From NCBI RefSeq assembly GCF_006345805.1, contig NC_043000.1:16678001-16742000 (forward strand): a stretch of DNA of 64,000 nt. The letters run 5' to 3'. The translations under genes and the position numbers were made by a program. Of the stretch, positions 13,580-26,056 are shown piece after piece (the first letter of the stretch is position 1; each line of letters opens with the position of its first letter). The stretch comes from Octopus sinensis. Taxonomy: Eukaryota. The notes beneath the pieces were generated by a model. It did no database searches, had not been told where the DNA came from, and worked only from the letters and a program-made list of their open reading frames with translations.

Positions 13580-13661
13580 TTTATTCCTGTTACCAAGTTT
13601 GAAAGCCATTACAGTGCCATGAATAAATGAAAGATCGTTAACATTAACAGCGTTGTTTATT
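13580..13661 (-). terminator. Candidate polyadenylation signals (AATAAA at 13656-13661 and 13580-13585) ending the long 3' UTR after exon 13
   Basis: Both hexamers lie at the end of a largely SINE-free AT-rich stretch, and a genomic A-tract follows at about 13555-13570. AATAAA is common by chance in this DNA. Confidence 0.3.
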
Positions 13662-14651
13662 GATTGTTTCCGACTTAAAGATACAATTTGAATAAATTTG
13701 GCAGAAGTGAAACAACTTCATGACAATTGCTTAATTTATATGTTGAAGTAGTTTTTAATTAACTATACAAGAGAAATTATTAGAGGAAAACTACAATGTT
13801 AAAGTTTTAAAACTAAAGTACTAATTAAACGGAATTGTTGTTTTGCCCAGAGAAAAAAGTGTGCACAAGGACAAGGCTGACCAGCTGACCACAAAACAAG
13901 AAGCCACTAAAGCTTAAAAGAAATAGTCACAAATATATATTTGCAACTAACACCAATACAAATAATAATAATAAAAATAATAATAATAATAATAAAAATA
14001 AAGATGATGATGATGATGATGATGGTGATAAAATCCAGAATTACAGCCAGACATGATCAGAATTTTACCTGGACTTAAGGCAAATGACTTCTGTCTTTGG
14101 ACAGACTAATTTTGGTAAAATACAGTTGCTTGACCACTAATTATTTAAGACCACTTAGTTCTGTCCAACACTAATTGTTTAACCATATTGATTAATCCAG
14201 CACTAATTATTTACTGACCATATACAAGACAAATAGAATTGATCAGTGCAGGAATGAAGTGACCAACTACAACAGATTTAAAATTCACCAAAAAAAATAT
14301 TTCCTATATAAAACGAAGAAGTAAAAACATTTCTATGTCAATAATAACAGTTAACCTTCGAAAGTAACCAAGTTTGATTTGATGTACCTCAACATCCTGT
14401 CTATATAATATCTTGCTATATGTTTATGTCAGATATTATGATCATTATTATTGATATACAATGATAGCCACTTATACACAACAGTATATATATATATATA
14501 TATATATGTATGTAGGTCCCGGGTTGAGTCGGGGTTAACCACAGTAAATAAGGTACTCAATACATAGCAGAGTAAATTAATTTGTTTTATATATATATAT
14601 ATATATATATCATGAACAATCTTACTTAGAAAGGGATGCGTGCGTTCCGTC

Positions 14652-14898
14652 ATATAATATAATAAATAAAACATATGCATATATATATATACATATATGT
14701 ACATACCTACCTCTACATGTATATATACACGCATATATGAGTACAGGACACCAAAAAACGTCGAACACAATGAGAAACGAAAACATAGACAGAAACCCAA
14801 GGAACTGGACTGGATCTATACTCATATATGCGTGTATATATACATGTAGAGGTAGGTACGTACATATATGTATATATATATGCTATGTTTTATTTATT

Positions 14899-14908
<10 letters not shown>
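14652..14908. repeat. ~90-bp inverted repeat (14652-14743 / 14819-14908) with a ~75-bp spacer
   Basis: The arm ...GTACATACCTACCTCTACATGTATATATACACGCATATATGAGTA is mirrored with only a few differences. Confidence 0.9.
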
Positions 14909-14957
<49 letters not shown>

Positions 14958-16175
14958 CAGTATATCAATGATGTTTTAAGTGAGCCGAGATTTGGCACGG
15001 GTGAAAATGAGGTTCAAATCAACTGATTATTTCTCTACATATTAGCAGAATTAAAAAAAAATAAAAACTAACAATGATGAATCAATGGCAGAAAAATCTA
15101 TCTGCATGAAGTAGCACTGGTCATTTTCGACCGTTCTTTAAAAGAAGTCCAAGATGCTAAGTTCGCTTGATGCTTCACAGAAAATATTTTTTGGATGGTT
15201 ACTTCATCTTTCTGAAGATGGTTTATTTTATGGTACAAAGAACAGCTAATAGCAATATTGTCATAGGAAAATGTATGATAATTTAGATTGAAAACATATG
15301 AAGTTAGTAACTTATGATAATAAACCTCTTAGGACGAATCCCTTAAATATTAATCAGAATGGTGGAACAATTTGCACACACAAATTAAAGATGAGTATAC
15401 ATTACAAGAACACATATAATACTTAATTAGTCTTAATTCCTGGATTAATCAGAATTGCATATGCTTCTTGCTGAATTGCTTAACTTGCTAATACAGAAGC
15501 CAAAACAAACTTCAAATGAAAAACAAAAACAAAGAAAGGAAAAAACAAAGCAGTAACAAAGCCTTAAAAGTGAGTATAACCCCAAACTTCTGAATACAGA
15601 GTAGAATTAGGCAACAAAGAATTTGTTATATGAAGTAATAGAAGCGTTAAGACCTTATGTTACAAATCTTGATTTTAATGATGTCATGAACTAACACAGA
15701 CAAGACTTTCTATTTCAAAACTGAAATTGAAACATTCTCTATTTTTTTCCATGGGAAAAGATATATCTGTTCATGCAATTTATCCACTACCTTCTTAAAA
15801 TAAATTAAAAGCTAAAAAGAAAGACAGCTAGAATCAAGAATAACATGCAAAAGCCAGAGATACGAGTTATTTGTGGCTTTGTATTTCTTCTCAAGCAATG
15901 CCACTGGAATGTATTGAACAGGATTACATCAGATGTTAATAACTTATATAACAACAAGCAGAAAGAAGTCATCTAACATTAATCTTGTTAATTTGAGTAA
16001 GAAAGATAAAATTCACTTCTCTTAATCAAAAAAACATTAAAACTTGATGAATTATTTTCTAGAGTTAACAGAATAAATTAATCTCTATTTAATCCAAAAA
16101 CTGAATGAAAAATGAAGTAACTGCAGGCATAAACAGTAAAAAATGAGCAGAGACCAAAATTAGGAGGATGGCATT

Positions 16176-16209
<34 letters not shown>

Positions 16210-17264
16210 CATGCTTTAAGAACTTAGAAGAGAGGAAAATAGGGGAAAAAAAAGATAGAAACTAATTCAAGTTTGATAAATATTGCATCCCAAAACTTCA
16301 TGCAAATATTTCTGAAAAATTCTAATTATTTTTCATTCTATTTTGTTAGCTTAAATTTGAAGAACAAAGAACCAATTGATTACAGAGAATCTTAGAAAGG
16401 AAAGTATTTTCTTCAGCATGAAGGTAGATTCAGAGCAAAAAGAGTCAAAGAATATGAAGCTTCAGAAAATTCCAAGTGGTCGCAATCCCAAAAGGAAAGA
16501 CCAAACACAACTTAAAAATTCCATACCAGTGTTAGTAAGACATTTGGAAGAGAAATAAGGAAAGGAAAGATGACATCTAAAATTTGTTAAAATGGAAAAT
16601 GCAAAACTGTCATGAAAAAGAAAAAGATTTTGGCAAACAAGGATATAGTTTGTCAGCCAACTGGAAGCAAAGAATCAGGGTCCTCAAATAGTTTGCAAAT
16701 ATAATTTAAGTAGTTTCTCAGTTTGTGATATTAAAATTCTGTAATACCAACACAATACATTCTCTGCTCACATTTATTTCGACATGGATTCTTTCGAGGG
16801 GATTCAAAAAAAAAAAAAGCTGCTGTTTTTTCTGAGTCAAGTAGATCCCATGGTGAGATTAGAACCATTGATGCCTCTGGTTGATATTATCAGCAATGTA
16901 ATCTCAGCAACATTATTAGTTCTTATGGTGGATTGAAGTGATTATTAACAAAAGTGTAAATCTCATGAGGTTATTGAGATAGCTTAATCTAATTTACACT
17001 TATATGAGGACCCATTAAAAAGGAGGAAACAAAATAAAACAAACAAAATTTCAAAAAAAAAAAACAAAAACAAAAAAAAAACAGGAAAAGAAATAATAGT
17101 TCATGTTGGTCATCATAGTGTCAAGTGCAGTCATCTACAGTGATCACCGAAAGCAGACGGAATATCATGCAGAAAATTCAGCAAGGGGGTTCAATGTTCT
17201 TCAAGAAAACACAAGGAACTATTTTTTTTTTCTTGGAGAAGTCTGACGATTAAAGCAGACCATG

Positions 17265-17500
17265 CTATTCCACACCGTGCATTGTACCTTGTTGTTCTTT
17301 GTCGCAGATAGAGCTGCCGCTTGATGATCTTGTATCAGCAACATCCACACACGGAGCCATCACTTCTGGGGCTTCGTCTTTGACAATAGCTTCCTTAGCG
17401 ACTGTTTCTGTGACAACGGTTTTGGTGATGACTGACGTCACAGTCCCAGCTCCCTTCACTCTACTTACTATAGTTTCTTCACTGATAGACGGTTTTTCAT
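17265..17500 (-). CDS. Ank: Ankyrin exon 13: terminal or composite exon (DEKPSISEETIVSRVKGAGTVTSVITKTVVTETVAKE...SSICDKEQQGTMHGVE*)
   Basis: Acceptor catccatgacag|AT (phase 1), open to TAG at 17265-17267. Contains an internal phase-1 donor CAAG|GTACAA at 17288. Confidence 0.78.
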
Positions 17501-18110
17501 CTGTCATGGATGAATAAACAAAAATTGGGGCGGGGCAACAGAACGTTTAAAAAATAGTATATAGAGATACATATCTTTGTCAATTCATATATCACTGTCA
17601 CTGAAGAGTGTATATGTGTGTGTATATATATATATATATTTAGAATATATATTCTTTAAGTAAAAAAGAAACCTTTATGTATGTTTTTTTCTTTAAAATA
17701 AAATGTCTCCTCCCCCAAAACTGAATACAAAGTAACTTTGATAATAACATCAAAATTATTACGTTAAAATAATGATACTCATGAAAAACAAAAACTACTT
17801 AAGGATGAAACAAATTTAAAAGAAATACTGTAAAAATAGTCAGTGACTTGTTTATAAGTTGAATATAAAATTCAAAACAATAAATAATATTTATGATCAA
17901 TATTGTGAGTGTTTTTTCCTTAAAGTATTAGCTGAGAGGAAGTCTCTAACTATTATTGTGATTATTATGAGGAGTCATGCATATTGAAAAAATTTGATAG
18001 GAATGGTAATATAATCTGTTAGGAAGAATGAAATATTTGGAGGAGTTTGGAAAGAAAAAAAAACATGCAGGTTAATATGTTTGGATTGTGTATGTGAATA
18101 TATATATATA

Positions 18111-18155
<45 letters not shown>

Positions 18156-20794
18156 ATATATAATATATATAAAGAGGTAGAATGGAAAATATTTAGTGAA
18201 ATAAAGATAAAAATAACTAATCTTATCGTTTTACTTGAAGCATTGTCATTCAATCACAGTTATAGAAAACTGATGAAAGGAAATAAGTGCCGAGTGTAGA
18301 GAGTTCAATGAAATATTTGTAGAACCTTATCCTCCACTACATTCGGTCCTTTCATCAGCTTCCAATAGCTGTCACAAGAACATTAAAAAATCTTAGTAAT
18401 ACTTAGTAGTTGCAATGTTGGTGTATATGGAAAGTATTTACAAAAAATGAAAGAATTATAAAAGCTTCTTTAAAAAGCATTTCATGCTTTCAGTACTATG
18501 TCATGCTTTTAGATATCAAAGTCTTTAGATGATGTAGTTTTATAGCAGATATTGGCAAGAAAATAATAACTTGCTACAATTTCAAAGAATATTTGAAATT
18601 AGTTAATACTATAAAATTCTTTGGACTATCAACCTTATTCCTCAGGTATTTATCTGATGCAGATTTCAATTGGTTCAAACATTGATCATTTCCAGATAAC
18701 CTGTACTTTATGTAGGTATATATACATGCATTGTATATATATATATATTTATTTATTTATTCATATATATAAAATTATTGTTTTAACTTCTACTTTTCCA
18801 TGATTGCACATGGGCCCCGGATGAAACTTGTTAAGGCAGATTTTCTGCAGCTGGAGGGGCAGTTCCTGTCACCAACATCTACCTGTTTCCAAGCAAGGTA
18901 ATATTTCTCCATGGCCAGACATGTTTTTACTGAAGATTGGAAATGAAGGACACCACTTGTATAATTCACTTCTTTCAGTTTCCATCAATCACATCCACTT
19001 ACAAGGATCTGATCAGCTAAGGGCTATAGAAGACTCATATTCAAGGTACCATGCAGTGGGACTGAATCTGAAACCATGTGATTATCTTAACCACACAGTC
19101 ATGCTTGCTTGTTTCTGGTAGTTTAGTAACTTATCCACTTGGTCGTTTCAACATCTCCAAGGAATTGTACCAAACAGAATTACAAGACGTACTCAAGCCA
19201 TTTACTTACTGGCTGTTCAACCTGCTAGAAAAAGTAGTCAAATCCTCCTCAAGTTACATCCCACTGTCACCTACTCCCTCCAAAGGTCACACTGAAAGTA
19301 ATGTGGTCTGAAATATATTATGTCAGACAATAAGACTGAATAGTCATGACTAGACTATGTGTGACCTTAGGTTGACTAAAACTGTTACATTAGTAAAAAG
19401 AATTAGACATGCTTTAAAAAGTTAAACTTCTGCCAATAAACATCAATTAGAGAGGTTTGGCAGGTTTCATGCAGTTATGGTGAAAATAGTAATACAAGCT
19501 GCACTAGTTATCTATAAATTAGTCAGTTATTTGCTTTGTTATGTATAATAAATTAAAAATGTAAATTAAAAACATATGAACGTAACAAAATGCTCTATTT
19601 TATATTTTGTCTAATTTTCTGAGATGAGGAATAATTGTCATTGCACATTGATATATCCGGACCAGTGTCCACATCTTATAATAATCAGAAGTGTTTTAGC
19701 CAGAGTACCTGCATCTGGCCTTCTATAACAATACAACTCTGAATGAATCAGAGTATTATATATCTATGTTATACTAGGTTTAAACCAACAAATTCTTTCT
19801 TTCAATTGTTCATGTCTGTTTTTTCCATGCTCACATGGGCTGAATGCTATTGAGACATTTCTTTACAGCTTGGTGCCCTTCCTGTTATTAACTCTTAACT
19901 GCTTTTCAAGTGTGGGATCTCTAAATCCACACATGTTTGAAGGCATGAAGGGAGCCGATGATTTGTTGATAGAAGTGACAGCAGCAACACAGCCCATACC
20001 TTGTTTCATAGAACTCAAATGTAAACACAATCATATGTACATGCAAACGCATACATACATACATCATGGGATACTTTCAATTTCCACATGTTATTTTTGG
20101 TAATTGCTCCTGAACTTGGAATATTTACTCTTTCACCCTCACAAGCACAACAAGAGAACTCCTACATGGTCACACACTTTGCTAGAAACAGCAGCCAAAT
20201 TTCTTCATACCACACGATAAAAAAAAAATGCACCAATTGGATAATGTAGTCTTAAATACATTATGACTGAAATAAAGATGGGATAAACACAGATCTTTGG
20301 TTTGCTTTATCAGCTATGACTTGGGTTAATCAATAACTGAACACACACACACACAGCCTCTATTTTATTTTTATTATTTGAAGTCTTCTAATGATAAAAT
20401 GTACAAGCTACAATCATGAGACAATGTTCCTTCACTCATATTCTCTCAAACAGTTGAAAGAGTCATATATGTTTATGATACAAACATGCATGAGTGTATG
20501 TGTGTGTGTATAAAATAAATGAAAATGGTACACTTCATGACAACCATAAAAATCTGCTTTTGTAATCATATTTATATGCTTTTAACATACATAACAGTAT
20601 TGTTGTTGAAGACTTTCTAAGTCATTTGCTGAAAACTGTTTTTTTTTTTTGGTGGGGGGGCCCACAACATCAATATTTATTTTACTACAGAGCTAAATAT
20701 GTTTCAAGTTTAGAAATAGGCTTTAATAATGTTACGTTATGTTATGTATGTATATATATGTATGTATATACACAAACATTTACATACATACATA

Positions 20795-20860
<66 letters not shown>

Positions 20861-22585
20861 TACATACACATTTATGTATGTAGATATTGATATAATTATT
20901 TCTTTAATGGAAGCCTAAAACCAGACAAAAAAAAAAAGAGATAAACTATTGTCAGTTACAGAATGTAGAATTATGGTATTGCAATGCTATTTTAAGGCCA
21001 TGTCTAATTCAAGATTCAAAGAGAGAATGATGGCAGAATGTCCAAGAGCACTATTTTTTCAAGAATTGCTCTTATTTAACTCTTGGTTGTTTTCTAAAGT
21101 CAACAGGTAAAACAAAACAGAAGGTATAATGCTGACCCAAAAAAGCTTCATTCTGATCTTTGATTAACTATGTTAATAAACTACCAGCCCTGGAGGTACC
21201 TTATTACTGCATGTTACCTTTCCTTTAACCAGAGTGGCCGTTGGATTGTATCACAACAGGACTTGAATAAGTGAACAAAGACGGGATAGTGACTGAAAAT
21301 ACTCCCCTGTGACTGCAGTTTTTGTTATTTACATCTTGCCATATTAATATTTCACTGGCGACATATTTCATATGACTGTGTCAAATTGGTGGCTATATAT
21401 TTAACAACTATATATCTAACATTAAAATCCAGTCACCATATCACGATATTTATTCAAGCTAGCAATTTACATTGGAATGTTACTTTTAACAGGACTGTCA
21501 AACTGCCAAATCACAGAGGAAATCATGTTTCCCATAGTTTCACCATTCTGTCATATCCAATACTTTTTAATGACTTTTAAAGGGTTAAACTTTAGATAAA
21601 ACATACCACTCTATATGAATATATTAAATTTAGCAATTATTTATAGAATTTGTAAAATGTGATAAATTTTTCTCTGAGGAGAGTAAGTTTCTTGTAAGAA
21701 ATAAGAAATGTGTTCTGATGTTTTGGGCTTGTCCCTTCTTTGAAAAAATGAGAAGTGTGTTCAAAGGCTGTGAATGAAGTGAAGGCTCCCAAACCTACTT
21801 TATGAATTTTATTATTTTTTCTCTTTGACGCAGGGTATCACTTCCTTGGACTAGTTTTCTCTTTGCTTTATTAATAATATATATTATGCATATTAAAAAA
21901 TATATGTGTTAGTATTTATTTACATGTGTGTGTGTATATATATATATATGTATGTATATATATAGAGAGACCACTAAATGATTATAAGTTGATTGGGAAT
22001 ACATTAGACAAAACAACTGGATAATTAGTTGTAAAATAATTTCATTGCTTTAAGAATTTAAGAATTCACAAAAAATGTCTAAATTTATATAACAATCCAA
22101 CCAACTCTTGTAATTTTATTGAGGTAGTCAGAAGGGATGAGGAAAGACTTTCTGGTCATGGAATTATTTGCTCAAAATAGGAAACGATTCAGTTGAGTGA
22201 GATTAGGTATGATGTGTGTTTATGAGTGAGGATATTGCATAGAAATTAAAAAAAAAAATTTTTTTTTAGATGAAATCCTGAGCTGCCCGTGATTTGTGAC
22301 TAGTCTCTGATTTATACCTGATTTAATGATAAAGTAGATATTTTCATCTTCCATTAGAACTCAGGTGTACTACTACTAAAATAGTGAAGGACGCAAGGTT
22401 AAAAAATTTTTTTTAAAAATCAGGCAAAAGACAATGAAATTTCATGCAAAAATCAAGGGAAAGGAGATAATTACCAAAATTCTAAATGATCTGGAGTTGT
22501 TGGGATAAAGGTTTGAGTGATAAAAACGTTGTTGAGTGTGCATATATGTACATATATATATATAAGGTATATATAAACATACGTA

Positions 22586-22616
<31 letters not shown>

Positions 22617-23069
22617 CTATATATATGTCATTTGATGCTGTTAGGGAGACTTAATTGATAAAGGAATTATTGTGGCTAAGGGTTATTTATTTTTTCTTAT
22701 ACATGCTTTCTTGTTTCTGTAGAGTTAAAGGTGTGAGCTAAAGTACAAGAAATTGCAAAGCCATACCAGCACAGGTAAAAAGTGAAGAAACTGTTCAATG
22801 CTGTTAATTTATTCTTAATATATTCATAATTAGTCAAGTGTAAAAAAAAAAAAAAAAAATTAAAAAAGTTGGGGATTAAAAATTTGAAATAACCAACAAG
22901 GCTATTTCCATATTGCAAGAATATATATATATATATAAGTAAAAAGTTTAAAAGAAAACATATTTGCAGCAGCCTTGTTATGTATTTTGAGATTTTCAGA
23001 AGCGGCGTTAGGGTTAATTGGAGCAGAATAGCAGCATGTGGCTTGGAATTTAAATCGGGAAGTGACTAG

Positions 23070-23085
23070 CATGCAGCTAGTTAGT
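23070..23085 (-). promoter_or_regulatory. Splicing-regulatory motifs ACTAAC (QKI-type) and TGCATG (RBFOX-type) directly after the exon-12 donor
   Basis: The sense strand reads G|GTACTAACTAGCTGCATGC. Confidence 0.55.
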
Positions 23086-23087
23086 AC

Positions 23088-23291
23088 CTTGTTCAGAAGT
23101 GGCAACTGGTTTAATGGTTTCTTCCATGTCACTTAGTTCATCCATTTGTCTAGCAAATTCAACGAAGGCATTTTTTTTGCGGTCAGAACCATCCACACTA
23201 GACTCAGCAATGGGTGCAGCTTCTGGACGCCTGCGGTCCACATGCTTAACCAATACTTCATCCTGGCTCATCGCTGCTGGCGGGGGAGGTG
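23088..23291 (-). CDS. Ank: Ankyrin exon 12: tail, probable cassette exon (APPPPAAMSQDEVLVKHVDRRRPEAAPIAESSVDGSDRKKNAFVEFARQMDELSDMEETIKPVATSEQ)
   Basis: Acceptor aattatcgcag|CA, weak donor G|GTACTA; 204 nt, phase 1 to 1; open frame and exon-like GC content. Confidence 0.8.
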
Positions 23292-25992
23292 CTGCGATAA
23301 TTACAGTAAGGAAGCAATGACATTTGGGGTTTTCCCTTTATTTTAGTTGTTAGGATTAACATCGAGCCAGAGTAAGAAGACATCAGCAAGGTAGTCAGAC
23401 AGAATACAATATAAATCTTAGCAGATACAATTTACAGGTATCACAATATTTCTCCCTGCACTGAAATCAAATCAATCAGATGATAAAAATATGGAAATTA
23501 ATTCAGTTTTCAGAATTGCAAATTCTTTTTTTCTTTTCTTTTTGTTGGTTCTCTTTTCGAGAAAATAAAAATAGAAATACAATACCAATTGTGAGAACCA
23601 TAAATGGAACGACTTAATCAGATAATGATAATAATAATATTAATGAGGATGATAATGAGAGTTTAAAAAAAATTAATATAAATGAAATGGTAATTATTTC
23701 TAGACAAATTCCATGGCTAAAGTTTGGTAATATCAAGTTCACATTACAATAACATATACATGTAGAATTTTTGCACTTTAGCAAATAAACTCTGGTCAAT
23801 AATAACCAGTGTAGTCATCATCAATGTAGTATGTTTGTGGAGGGGGATTTCAGCATGTCTTGACAAAAATTTTAAAATGTTATAATTCATTTTATCGTTG
23901 TTTTTTTCTCCTTTTTTCAAAATAAGAACTATCATGTGTCTGTTTCTAACTGAGAGTTTTGTTTTATCAAAATGCAAGTGACTGTATTTAAATATAAATT
24001 GCTTTCCCATATTTTTTATTCAATAAATGCACAGTATACCCATAGTGATATAAAACTATTCACAGAAGCAAAAAAAGAAAAAAAAAAGAAAATCTGAACT
24101 ACTTAATTATGTACAAAAGATAAAATATCTTAATCAGAGAAAAGAGTTGATATGAGAATACAACCAACAAATCCAGGAACAGCTTTGATAAATTTTGGAA
24201 GAGAGCAAAATGTTCAAAACCCTTCTCTTAACTGTTGAAAATATTCATTAAAATCAGATTGGCATGAATATGCAAGTATTTTTCATACATTTTTATAGTC
24301 CCTAATTCATTCCAGCAGGGATAAAACAGTGTAAAATTATTAATTTTCATTTATTGCAACACTAAAGTCAGTTAAATTATTGGTATCTACAAATTTCTAC
24401 CAAGCTTCTCTACTTAAGAAGCTATTAAACAGCAGCCAGTGCTGAACGATAAGCTTAAGAAAATTGGAAGGACACAGTAAAAATCAATGATAAAAAAATC
24501 CTTTTTTTATAAGTAATGCAGACATTATGAAATAAAGAGTAATAACGTATATTTTTTCCTAATTCTTGGCACAAAGCCAGTTCTTTTAAGGGAAATCAAA
24601 CACGTTGACCCTGGTGCTCAACTGGTACCCTGAAAGGATGAAAGGCAAAGTCTACCTCGGCAGCATTTGAATTCAGAATGTAAAGCCAGAAAAAAATGCT
24701 GCTAATAATGCATAAATGTATTGGTAATTATACTGTGAACGCCTGAGTTTAATGACCATGGCATTTGCCTAACGAGTATTCCAGCAGTTTTATTTCCTTT
24801 TGTTTATAGAATGAATTCCTATTCATAATTAGCAGTAAAGTTTATTGGAGTGATTATAGCCATAGGTTCATTTATGAATAACTTTCATTCTGGAATTCTC
24901 AACTACATGTAATAAACTTCCCCAAAGTACCACCTGTAAACAATACTTCATACAAGGTTTTTCCCTTTATCTCATCACTGATCATTAGTTAATAGTAATT
25001 ATAGGTTCATAATAGCAGTATTCCTCCTTCCTGATTGGTCAAATTCACAATCTTCACTCATATGAAAGATCATTCAATAGTTTTGATAGTCGCACAATAA
25101 CAGAACATGATTACATTAGAGAGAGAGAGAGAGGGATAGAAAGAGAGAGAGAGAGAGAGAGAGAAGGAGAGAGGACAGCTGAATTACAATAGAACTATAC
25201 TGAGAGTGATATATTGCGCATTCAATGAATAAAGAACATAGAGAAAGCATCATTACATATTTCCTGTTCTGTGATGATGCTTATAAACTGACAACCAACA
25301 CTTGTGGTGCTTGTGTTACATTACATACTCAAAGGTATTCAAAGGTAAGGTTTATGTATTTTCTGTTATCAGTTTCATGCTAAGTAGGAAATAGCAAAAT
25401 GGCAGGCATGTGAAGTAAAAATGATTTAACTAAATTGCATACTAATCCAGTGGGTACCAGATGTTAAAAACTAACCTTAGATTAAAGACAAAACTGCATT
25501 GTAGCATAATGCAGTATTCAATAGCTTTACACCTGTTTTAGCTATTCAATATACTGGTTTATTTAATCAACCTGATTATAAATTTGCAGGACAAACAGAC
25601 AGACCCCAGGACACTAACAAGTAGTAAGATATTCTGTAAAATGGGTTTGATTAAAGAAAGGACGAAAAAAAAAATGGTTAAGTTTAAAATAGTCTGAGAT
25701 CCTTTCCCATGGCACAGCTATTTTGATTTTAAAACTTCAAAATATTTCTAAAAAATAAATACAAAAACAATGATGATAAAATAATAATAAACCATCATTT
25801 ATATAAATCTAACAAGGACATTAACAGAACCATGCTAGAGAGAATGAGAGTTTGATTTAAGAGAAGAGTGCTTTCAACATGTAACAGACAAGAGTATTTG
25901 GTTGAATGATTTACATTTTAAACAACATGCAGCAATATCAGGAACTGGAGTGATAAAGAATAAAAAGAGAGGAGATTTAAACACCTATTTAC

Positions 25993-26056
25993 CTTTAGCT
26001 ATTCGGTGCCTTTCGGTGTCAGCATCACTGCCCGATTCCTCTGCAGACTCAGATTC
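25993..26056 (-). CDS. Ank: Ankyrin exon 11: acidic tail (ESESAEESGSDADTERHRIAK)
   Basis: Manual reading: acceptor gattttgcag|GAA, donor G|GTAAAT; 64 nt, phase 0 to 1. It is a GC/CpG-rich island in AT-rich intron and fits the phases of both neighbours. Confidence 0.85.

Noticed and set aside
18270-18358. CTGATGA motifs as a hammerhead ribozyme core or snoRNA C box
   Set aside because: No GAAA with a valid stem II, UH site and stem I, and no suitably placed CTGA D box.
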